DNA of 63,038 nt, counting the filler, from Cercozoa sp. M6MM (Eukaryota; Protista; Endomyxa: Ascetosporea), in assembly GCA_040357565.1 (NCBI GenBank). It is 5 parts of 5 records of this genome, joined end to end, with 100 filler letters (N's around TTAATTAATTAA, not from the genome) between each part and the next. Parts side by side here need not be neighbours in the genome. Positions count along the whole stretch, not along the records: positions 46,900 to 54,664 come from JBDODJ010000598.1; positions 54,765 to 63,038 come from JBDODJ010000550.1; 3 more parts are not named here. The stretch is one strand, 5' to 3'. Under the pieces are notes generated by a model that saw nothing but the letters and a program-made list of their open reading frames with translations, made no database searches and was not told the origin of the DNA. The translations under genes and the position numbers were made by a program. Below are positions 53,461 to 63,038 of the stretch, piece after piece. How positions within the stretch are numbered: the first letter of the stretch is position 1; each line of letters begins with the position of its first letter.

Positions 53461-54610
53461 ATGTCACGTGCGTGGTGGCGTCAGATTTTGCATCATTCGT
53501 TCGGACTGCACGTGGCGTTGCTTGTTCTGATCGTACGCTTCCGCGCGGACCCTGAAAAATTCGAGATCTATTTGCTCAAATTAATGTGTGCATGGGTTGG
53601 GCAGATTGTGGACTTTATTTTGGCCGTGGCGGGTGAGCACGGTGTTGTGACGATCCTACTGTCCTCGATTTTTGTGATCGAGGTCACACTACGTGCTTGG
53701 GCATTTGGTACCATTGTGTGTTTTGTTCTGCCATTGCTGCCTTAATTAGTTTTTGCACTCTGTTTTCGCAGGTCTGCGCGAGTACTTTGTGGAGCGTTTC
53801 CAGTGGCGTGGTTGCATTAACTCGGTCGATGCACTAGCTGTTGTAGGCTTTGGCTACTTTGTCACTTTTTATCCCCTTTACCTACCCTTATCTGTAACCT
53901 TTCACAGGCGATTTCGTTCATTTTGGCGTGTGCCGACAGTAGCGCCAGTGGCTATGTGGGCTCCTTTTACCCCCTCCCCGTACCCCCATTTACCCCCCTC
54001 CCAGGTGGCCGTGATTCGCCTGGTGCGTGTTCTGCGCGTGTTCCGTGTGGCTACGCGCGTCGCTGCTCGGCATGAGGATCTGCGCAACACGGCACGCAAC
54101 GTGGTATGCGTCCTTTACCCCCCTTTACCCCCTTCCCCCCTTTACCCCCTCCCTACCTCAGGTAAGTGAGAACAAGCAGCGTTTCGTAGGCGACGGTTTC
54201 GACCTCGATCTCGTCTACGTCACGCCTCGTGGTAGCCTCTCTCCACCCTGTTTACCCCCCTGTTTACCCCCCTGTTTCCTAGTGATCGGAATGTCCGTCC
54301 CGGCGGAAGGCAAGGAGAAACTGTACCGAAATGATGCGCGCGAAGTGGCGCGTTTCTTCAACACCAAGCACATGGGTAGGCCCCTTTACTCCTTAACCCT
54401 TGCCCCCTTAACCCTTGCCCCCTTAACCCTTGCCCCTTAACCTTGCCCCCTTAACCCTTGCCCCCTTAACCCTTGCCCCCTTAACCCTTGCCCCCTTAAT
54501 CCCTTACCCCCTAGGTGCCTACTGGCTGTACAATTTGTGTATCGAACGCGAGTACGACACGACGCAGTTCGAATCGCGTGTTTCGCGAATTCCGGTCGTT
54601 GATCACTCGT
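53461..54610 (+). CDS. Voltage-sensing phosphatase (VSD + PTEN-like phosphatase, VSP/TPTE family); 3' part lost at spacer
   Basis: Four TM helices with S2 FVIEVTLR, S3 NSVDALAV, S4 IRLVRVLRVFRVATR. Linker RNV/VSENKQRF. PTEN N-terminus DGFDLDLVYVTPR/VIGMSVPAEGKEKLYRN...VARFFNTKH/..YWLYNLCIEREYD...DH. Confidence 0.9.
54385..54512. repeat. Intronic 15-17-bp tandem repeat (TTAACCCTTGCCCCC)
   Basis: About 7 copies inside a VSP intron. Confidence 0.9.
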
Positions 54611-54664
54611 ACCACGTGTTTACCCCCCTCTTTACCCCCCTCTTTACCCCCCTCTTTACCCCCC

Positions 54665-54764
54665 NNNNNNNNNNNNNNNNNNNNNNNNNNNNNNNNNNNN
54701 NNNNNNNNTTAATTAATTAANNNNNNNNNNNNNNNNNNNNNNNNNNNNNNNNNNNNNNNNNNNN
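54665..54764. other. Artificial contig-joining spacer
   Basis: 44 N + TTAATTAATTAA + 44 N. Confidence 0.95.
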
Positions 54765-55017
54765 CAACAAAATAACAACAACAACAAAATAACAACAACA
54801 ACAAAATAACAAAAACAACAAAATAACAACAACAACAAAATAACAACAACAACAAAATAACAAAAACAACAAAATAACAACAACAACAAAATAACAACAA
54901 CAACAAAATAACAAAAACAACAAAATAACAACAACAACAAAATAACAACAACAACAAAATAACATCAAAAAACAAAAACAACAACAACAAAAATACAAAA
55001 CCAAAACCAGAAAATAC

Positions 55018-55822
55018 CAAAAAGTCGGCTTGCTGGCGCAGTTGCAGCTGCCGCTCTTCCCGCTCCGCCTGCGCGTGCGACTGACCGCCAAAAAAGCCGT
55101 CGAACTCCTGCCGCCAGGGGGATGTACAGGGGCATAGGGTAGAGGGAGGGTAAACTACATCGTGTGCCTCATTGTCGTCGCTGTCGTCGTCGTCGAACTG
55201 CGCCTCCAGAACGTCGACTTCCACGCAGGCGTCAAGTGTCTGCTGCGACCACTCCGTCAGGTACGACAGCAGCACACGCACGCCCTCCTCTGCCCAGAAG
55301 GGGGTAAGGGTAGAGGGGGTAAAGAAAGTGGGGGCAGGGGTAAAATTGCAACAGAGCGTACCAGCGTCGGCAGAAAGGCATTTTCCGAGCGCTGCCAGAA
55401 ACAAAAAATCGCCGCAAAACTCGGCCGAAAGCAGCGCGTTTTCCTCGCCAAAAACCGTGCCGAAACGCGTTTCTCCAGCTGCCACAGATCTAATGATCCG
55501 CAGCGTTTTCGCCAGTTTGTACTGTCACACACACAGTGTCAGTACCAACTGCAACCGTCAGACACACTAACGCACCTCTTCGGAACCGTCGTCGGGATCA
55601 TCAAGTGTGCCAGCAAACACCTGGCACAGCGCCTCCACTGTACAAACACGCATGCTTTCTCGTACCCATACTCCTCTCAGCAATGTACCCTCATCATACG
55701 TCTTGGCGGGGTGACACGCCGCGTTGACGCGGAGAGATGGCGCCACCTGTAGCCAAAAATCACCAACACCACAAAAACTGAGACTGATCACTTACCGCGT
55801 GTGCCAACAAAAGCAGCGACAT
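55018..55822 (-). CDS. Hypothetical multi-exon protein (5' part), truncated by an (AAC)n-rich intron and the spacer
   Basis: GT-AG-bounded exons such as RSVAAGETRFGTVFGEENALLSAEF and EEGVRVLLSYLTEWSQQ. Confidence 0.5.
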
Positions 55823-55947
55823 GGCACTCCTCACGCAAAACAGCGTCCGTTCAAGTGACTCGCACTCGCTTTGGCGACACAGGAGAACTTTGCTTAATTG
55901 ATCGTCATTCCTGGCTCCGATCGATCATATTTTTGGGGATTTTTCGC

Positions 55948-56842
55948 GCACCTAAGGCTTACTCACGACATGTCGCAGGTAGCTCCTACGCGCACTTCAC
56001 ACGCGCTGACACTTTTCGCGTTTTGTGATCTTCGGGTTGGCTCGAGTCCAACCCGATCTTGGTGTGTCGCGGTAGTGCCATCGCACGTGCACACACGTTT
56101 GTGAACTTTTGTGTTTCTTGTCTGAGATTGTCATCGCGTTTTGCGAAGTTTTTTAAAGAGTTTGCCCACTCGCAGATTCGCCAACACTGGCGAGTGCCGC
56201 TTCAACAAGCGCTGTCGCTTCGAGAAGACGCACAAGTGCGGCTCGTGCGGCGCGCTGACCCACAATCACAGTTCACTCTTCTTTGTGCTGAGACGCTTGA
56301 GAACACCGGAGGTCTACTCACGAGATGTCACAGGTAACTCACACGCGCGCTTAGCGCGCCCTGACACTTTTCGAGTTTTGTGATTTTTTGGCTGACTCGA
56401 GCTCCTCGAGTCGAACCTGTGTTTTTGGGGAGGTCGCGGTAGTGCGAGCACACGTGCTCACACGTTTGTGTAGCGTTTTGGGTGTGTTGGGGAACTTTTG
56501 TGCTTCATTGTCTGAGATTGTCACTTTGATTAGTGATCGTTTTTTTTTTTGTGTTTTTGCGTTTTTTTTTGTCGCCGTCAGTTTCGTTCCGGCACTGCCA
56601 CAGGGGCTTAGACCCACAGAGGCAACCGGTGCACGCCCACTTGAGGCTGAGAAGAACAAGCGCATGCCCACTTGAGGCCCAGTCTTGTGAAAGAAAGTTT
56701 GCCCACTCGAGGCCCAGTATCTTGAAAGAGAGCTTGCCCACTTGAGGCACAGCAGTTGGAAAGAGTTTGCCCACTTGAGGCCAGCAGTTTGAAAGAAAGT
56801 TCGCCCACTTGGGCTTGACAAATGTTTGCCCTCCTGAGGCTC
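55948..56842. repeat. Composite repeat: two diverged ~190-220-bp direct repeats enclosing a zinc-finger fragment, then a GCCCACTTGAGGC minisatellite
   Basis: tactcacga.atgtc.caggta...ctgacacttttcg.gttttgtgat...gtcgcggtagtgc...cacacgtttgtg...tgtctgagattgtca at ~55960-56133 and ~56315-56523. Motif array at 56635-56840. Confidence 0.8.
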
Positions 56843-56971
56843 CTAAGAGTAGTGCTCCGCCTAGCTAAGGCCGCACATCAAAGGAACGAACTATCATCAC
56901 TCCAATGTGTGTAGAACCAACGCAAGCGCGAACCGGACTTCACAGAGTCCGCCACACAAATCCTGGAGGGG

Positions 56972-57050
56972 ATGACGCAGGGAAAATACGTGGAGTTGGT
57001 CATGGCCGCTGGCCAGTGGATGCATGTACTGCGCGGAGATGGCAAAGGTA

Positions 57051-57089
<39 letters not shown>

Positions 57090-57362
57090 GCCCTAACTGG
57101 ACACACATGCTTGATCTGATGCGCAGAAGCCATGGCCAGACGCTGCCAGAGATCAGAAAGTGGTGCAGTGACCGAATACGCCAAGGTCGCAACGGCCAGA
57201 AACAAACCTCAGATGGCCGAGGCGGTCAAAGTCTTGGCGCGAATGATGGGCACGAGCAAGGACGCACCGCGCGAACAACAAGAGATCTTCGGCAAGGTGG
57301 CACTCGAGCTTTTGGGCATCCTAGTACAGCAAGACAGCCGCGCATTTGCGGCATCGAGATGA
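56972..57362 (+). CDS. Small hypothetical protein, 2 exons
   Basis: Exons separated by a GTAC...CAG intron containing (CA)n; ends RAFAASR*. Confidence 0.35.
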
Positions 57363-57542
57363 AGTTTGAAGTACAGTTTTCTGTACATTATTATACTACT
57401 CGTCATTACAGTTTGGAACTAGAGACTTACATAACTTTACAACTCTCAGTCAGCTACCACTGTGGGCGGAGCGCGCTATTTTTCCTGACTTTTTGAGCGA
57501 AAAACCCTGAGAGCCCGAGCGCACGGTTTTCGGGGATCCCCA

Positions 57543-60225
57543 GTGAGTACACCCGGCACTGTGACAGTATCTCTGATATACGATACGGAAGTGCTGTATA
57601 CAGTACTCTTCATACTGTATCGCTGCTTCTGCTCTGCCGGTGTACAGACAATTGAATGTCAGGGACAACACAGTGTCCCGTCGGGTACTCGCTTTGGCAC
57701 GACTGTGCCACCGTCGTGGTTGGGGTACTCGCACCAAAATCAACTGAAACACAGTTACTGCCATGTGTGTCTTTAGACGAGAACTACGTGTGCTCGTCGG
57801 TGCTTCAATCCGTTCAATCCGAGCGACAGTGTCATGGTGTACTTTAATTTTAGCTTCGATTTACTGAAACTACAATCAACATACACATAGTACCACTAAA
57901 ATCGAAGCTAATATTAAAGTATCTCCATTTACGGATGCAAATTTAAAACTGAGCAGCGAATGCGGTCTTGAGCGCTGCCCGTCGCTCACTCAGTACAGTC
58001 TCTATCGCATGCTTTTGCCTGCGCATGCCCAGAGGCACATTGATAGTCTTGCTGCAGGTGTCGCTGGGATCCGGAGCCGCCGAACCTCTGTCGTTTCGGC
58101 GTCTTCTTGGGCGAGTAAATTTTACATTCCATGCCATAATGCTTACATACTCCGGTAGTATATGAACGGATGCATGTTTGTTGCCGTTGGTTAACAGAAC
58201 GCGTTGCGTGAAAACGCAACTGTCACGCTGCACGCTCGTGTTCAATCCTACCCAGGACGAGGTTAGAGGTACAGTACAGTAGACTACTTCCAGTGGGTAC
58301 AATAGTGAAACAATGCAGGCGAGTTCTGCGGCCAAGCCGCCTGCAGCAAGCGCGAACGATTGTGCGACGACGTCTTTTGCGAAGGACTGTCGCCGAATGA
58401 AGGTAGACACAGTTTGCACTGTATTGTACTTCTTGTCTCCCATAGACCCTTAGCTCTGACCATATCTGTAACAAGTGTCCCTTACCGAGAGTGCCTTCTC
58501 CGGCAACGTATCGGAGCTCTTCTTGGGCACTGGTGTTTCCAGTACTCTCCTTATCCTATTTATCCCTCAGGCTGTCATACTGTACTATATCTCTGGGTAA
58601 GCATTTCAACTAGGCGGCGTGGCCCTGCTTGACGTCGATGCCGATGGTGTGGACGAGTTAATTGTCACCGAAGTCACTCTGCGTGGCCAGAGCACCCGCA
58701 ACACCAACCTCGTGATCTATAAGATCAATGCTGAGGTATTTGAGAGTTCTATACAACCGATTGATACACATGAAGCGAGAGCGCAAACAGGCGGGTCAAC
58801 TGAACGAGTTCAGTCGCACTGATCGCGTGGTTGACGGTGTGCTGTCGCCCCTAACCGTCAGCGTCTTCCGTGATGTACGTTCGCTATCCCACACTCCCTC
58901 AATTAGTACAGTCATTGTACATTCGGTAGTACAGTTGGACAACGACGGATTGAAAGAACTGCTGCTCGTGTCGGACGTATTGTACAGCGGAGGTTCGCTC
59001 ACGGCACCGCCCGGGCTCGTGGTCTACTTGAAGCGAGGCTGTGGGCAGGTAAGTACAATATCCCACCGGTGTCTGCTATTGTAGCAGTACTTCGATGTTG
59101 ATCAGGATCGGGAATATTTTTCAAACTTACTACAGGTGAAAGGCGTCAAGACCTTCCCTTTATCACTGCTTGAGTTCGAACAAAACACGGTGCCGGTACA
59201 AGTCATCGCACGCCCTGCCATCTTTGGACCGCGACGGATCGATACAGTATGTCTCCCATCCCATACTGCGTATTGTACTGAAAACTAAAATAACCCTCCC
59301 TGTAGTATGAAATAACAAATGGAACAGTGTCGGTTATGGGAGGCTTCGTGACCGTGCCATGTCAGCATGCACACTGAACTCCCTCCTACCGCGGTCGTCT
59401 GGGACTCGTGTTTTATCGTAACAATCCCGCGAACGGTGTCAAAAAAATTATTGACGGACAGAACGAACGCACGTTGGTTTTGGGTCACCTTGGGGACAAC
59501 GATCCGCGCGGAGAGGTCGAGGGAGGTATAGTAGTTGCTGCCGGAGTGGCATTTGACATTGTACCCTTTAACCCCCGCAGGAGGCCTGTACGACGACGAA
59601 ATGATCGCGAGTTCTCAGTGGGCCAGCATCAACGGCGGTGCGTTCCTCGGTGATATCGACGGGGACGGTGCCCCAGAGGTCTTGATTGGCGACTTCCTAG
59701 AGGGCTTCCTGCTCGTGGTGGGCACCCGTCTGGACCACGAGGGCCGCGTGGTGGGCTACGCCGCCAAGACCACCAAATTCACGCGTGAAAACATCGAGCA
59801 GAAACTCGGACAGAGTTTCACCAACTCTGGCTGGTCCTTTGGCTCCGTATGCGCCGACCAAGCGTACTCTTATATCCAGTACTTTACAAATGAATACAGT
59901 ACCTCAAAAGCTAAATTATTTACCAAACTCTATTGTATCGTTTTTTTACATTCGATTGTGGGTGTGCAGTTGCAGATCACGTGTCGCCTTGGTAGGCGGC
60001 ACACTGCGTGTCGCCGTCGGCTACGACGAGAGCGAGCAGCGCTTTGTGCTGCTGAGCGTGCAACTGATCCGACCAGAGTCCTCGCTTCCACCTTCTGCCT
60101 CTCCAGTCGGCGACTTTGCCGTCGGTGAGGTGCGCAAGGGAGATCAAGGGCAGGCCGAAATCGTCACCACCCAACTGGGCACGCGCGATGCGCACTTGCT
60201 CTTGTTTGCACAACGAGCCAACTAA
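57543..60225 (+). CDS. Putative secreted FG-GAP/VCBS-type repeat (beta-propeller, Ca-binding) protein; multi-exon
   Basis: Three DxDxDG..E motifs: LLDVDADGVDELIV (58630), LDNDGLKELLLV (58935), LGDIDGDGAPEVLIG (59645). 5' exons and start uncertain. Confidence 0.6.
57840..57921. repeat. 23-bp inverted repeat (1 mismatch) with ~36-nt loop, MITE-like
   Basis: TACTTTAATTTTAGCTTCGATTT (57840-57862) versus AAATCGAAGCTAATATTAAAGTA (57899-57921). Confidence 0.8.
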
Positions 60226-60467
60226 AATAGACGCAAAATATCTGAGCTTACAAGCATATTAGATAGTAGTAGCATGTACATGCTTATTCATTCTTAGTTT
60301 AACTGAGCGAACACTCTAATTAGCGTTGTTAACACACACGTTGTCGGATCGGCCCGTAGCCAGCCTGAACGATTTTGCGCTGGCTGAATTTAGATCTAGT
60401 GACTGTTTCATGTATATGCTATAACTGTGTAGCCACGTGTGGGCTAGTCAGACGGAACAAAGCTACT

Positions 60468-63030
60468 TTACTCGGAGGCGGGCATCATCTGCGACAGGTA
60501 GTCGTCGAGGAGCGCCTGCAGGTCGGCGAGGTCCTCCTTGCTGACCATGAGTCGCAGCACCTTGTCGGCCTTCCAAGCCACAACGGCCAGCGGACGCGCA
60601 AAGTGGCGCGCCACGTCGCTCGGCACGTCAGCCTCCAGCACCTGGCACGCCACAAAACCGCCAAAAAATAATACACACATACAGTAACCCCCACTACAAC
60701 AACCCCAATGAGTCACACAGAAAGAAAATGACTACAATGGAGCCGTTGTCCAGTGCAGCGATCGCTTCAGTCGCCTGCGACGTCAGCTTGTCCATCGACA
60801 CTGCATTTTTTGTATTTTTCATTCGGAAAAACAAAGAAAATTCAAAAAAAGAAAACCGCGGGGGGGGGGGGGCTGCTACACTGTGTACGAGGCGCTGCCA
60901 TCATCGTTCGCAGGTCGTCCAGGGGCTACAAAATCAAAGATTGCATGCAGAGCCAATTTGTAGCCAGTGCAGAGTAAAATAATAACGAACCACAGGAGCA
61001 CGCTGCTTGGTCATGTGCGGCAGCAGCATGTGCAGACCCTCCTGTAAGCATACCACACACACGTGATTACGTTGGGGTGCAAAGGAAAGCTAAACAAGAG
61101 CTATGAAAAACGGGCTCGGACAAACGCACCTGAACGAGCCGGTAGTTCGGCAGCTTGTCCTCAACCGAGGTATCCTTGGGACGGTAGCGCTCAAAGGCAC
61201 GCAGGCCGCACTGCAGCCTATCCACGGGTGTGTATTGTCTCCAGCAAAGTCAACCCATCCAATCTCTCAGCTGTGTGTGTTTGAGTGTACACATTGAGAG
61301 CCGAGGCCTCGGGACGCGCCAGGACGCGTGCCATGCTCTCAGACACCACGTAGAGTCGCTTGGCCTGCTCGCTGCGCGTGAACAGGTGCGACACGTCGAA
61401 CTTGCTGCAAGACACACGATAGTAAGGTCAGGCGAGCAGGGGTAGAGGAAGGAGCAAGAACGCAGTACCCCTCGCCCTGCGGCACCGAGTCGACCGGCGC
61501 GAAGCCGTAGAAGGCCTGCATGCGGCGCACCTCGGCCGGCATGTAGGAGGCCACGTGGATCAGACGGTCCTGCGGCGGCTTGTTCTTGCTGTAGGCCTGC
61601 TTGCGCACGCGCTTGCGTTCCTCTGCGCAGGCATGGGAAGATAGAGTAGGCTGGTAGCTTTATAGAGAGGTAGAGACTAGATAGATAGATGGATAGATAA
61701 GATAGATAGAAAGATAAGATAGAGATAGGTAAGATAGATAGACAGATAAGATAGATAGACAGATAAGATAGACAGACAGATAAGATAGATAGACAGATAA
61801 GATAGATAGACAGATAAGATAGATAGCAGAAGATAGATAGACAGATAAGTAGGTAGGATAGAGCAGGTAGGTGTGTACCGCCATTCTCATCCGTCTCGGT
61901 CTCGGAGGCAGCAACGCGAGCAGCACGCGGCGCATTGCACGGCAGCTGCGACACGAAGGCCTCCAACGTCGGCATCGGAGCCTCTGCCGTCTCTGTTTCC
62001 ACAGTCTGGGGGGAGGGGGTCAAGCAGAACGAGGTGGGTAGGTGGGGAGTAACGCACCTTCTTGGACTGCAACACAGCCACGAAGAAACCGCCCGTGTCC
62101 TACAGAGATCCAGTCCGTAAGGTCCATACGTACCAATAGATGGACCAACAATTAAGTGTAATGAAGTGGGCGGTACCTGCAGGTGCGGCAGGATGCGCAG
62201 ACAGCGCTCCAGGTGCAGCGACTGCGTCACCTCAGTCGGCGGCGGGAAGTGCGTCGCCTTGAGCACGCAGCGCTCCTTGTCACCCACCTGGTCGAACGAC
62301 GTGTACCACGTGCCGTCCTTGTCCTGCACCTGCCAGTTCTGCAGGCCTTCCGCGCGCTCCAGACCTGGCAGTTCCTAGGGGGGGGGGTAAGGGTATAGGA
62401 GATGGGGGGGTAGGAAGGTACCGCCGACACGTCGACCAGCTCGAGTTCGTGTCCGAGTTCCTCCTTGGCACGCAGCATCAGGTGCGCCACCACGGCTTCG
62501 TTCTCACACTGGGAGGGGGTAAGGGAGGGGGTAAGGGAGGGTGGGGAGGGTGGGTGAGTGGGTACCGGGTGGAAGGAGCACGTCGAGTAGACGAGTCGTC
62601 CGCCGGGCTTGAGCAGCTGCACACCGCGCATGGCGATGCGCATCTGCACGGCATGCAGTGCGTTGCCATTGTGCTGCGTCCAGTCGCGCCACAACTCGAC
62701 GTTCTTGCGCATCGTGCCGTCGCCACTGCACGGCACGTCCAGCAGCACGCGGTCGAACAGCTTGCGTGGAGCCACAGTCGATGCCACCTGTCGCGCCTCC
62801 GTGGCCTCGCCATCTAGGCCTGGCACCTGCACCTCACGCGGTGTCGGCACGTTCTGTGCCTCGTGGTTTACCACCTGCCCAGCGGGGTATAGGGGGAAGG
62901 GGTATACAAGGACGGCCTCGTACCATGAAGGACCCGCTGTGACACCGCTTCAGCTGGTGTGTCAGCAGCTGCGCGCGCTGCACATTGGCGTCGTTGGCCA
63001 CCACGAAACCTTGCGGGTTCGTCAGCACTG
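60468..63030 (-). CDS. NSUN2: tRNA (cytosine-5)-methyltransferase NSUN2/Trm4; 5' end outside window
   Basis: GFVVANDANVQRAQLLTHQLKR, VVNHEAQ, FDRVLLDVPCSGDGTMRKN, LLKPGGRLVYSTCSFHP/CENEAVV, ERCLRILPHLQ/DTGGFFVAVL. Confidence 0.93.
61675..61860. repeat. Intronic (GATA)/(GACA) compound microsatellite
   Basis: Seen directly. Confidence 0.9.
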
Positions 63031-63038
63031 GGGGGGGG

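Noticed and set aside
56635-56842. CRISPR-like repeat-spacer array
   Set aside because: The core is only 13 bp, the linkers are mutually similar (GAAAG.AAGTTT), no cas genes are present and the context is eukaryotic.
57943-58443. 166-aa minus-strand ORF as a transposase next to the inverted repeat
   Set aside because: No DDE or HTH motif; it overlaps probable plus-strand exons of the FG-GAP gene.

Overview
Intron-rich, gene-dense nuclear DNA of a eukaryote, most likely a protist; the taxon cannot be fixed from the sequence alone. The code is standard, and most introns are short (about 50-120 nt) GT-AG introns, often swollen by microsatellites. The supplied ORF track therefore shows only exon fragments and shadow ORFs. 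The window is not one locus: four 100-nt spacers (44 N + TTAATTAATTAA + 44 N) join five contigs and cut several genes. Genes recognised from spliced motifs: a membrane-anchored S8 subtilase, XPG/RAD2, a bromodomain protein, a Zn alcohol dehydrogenase, DNAJC21/Jjj1, an HSF-type factor, a CHD remodeller, RPC11, proteasome alpha-1, a calcineurin-B-like EF-hand protein, COQ8/ABC1, RPS28, nuclear NDUFS3/nad9, an SH3-RhoGEF-PH protein, JMJD4, a voltage-sensing phosphatase, an FG-GAP repeat protein and NSUN2/Trm4. Most interesting: (1) an intron-containing, bacterial-looking coiled-coil + PD-(D/E)xK nuclease with an apparent mitochondrial presequence; (2) a voltage-sensor + PTEN fusion (VSP/TPTE); (3) a nuclear, intron-containing nad9; (4) a small non-LTR retroelement family with (TAAC)n tails and 15-bp target-site duplications; (5) a composite repeat enclosing a zinc-finger fragment; (6) an orphan EF-1alpha 3' fragment; (7) frequent GTAC splice donors. 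Gene boundaries are manual estimates, and family assignments come from recognised motifs, not database searches.
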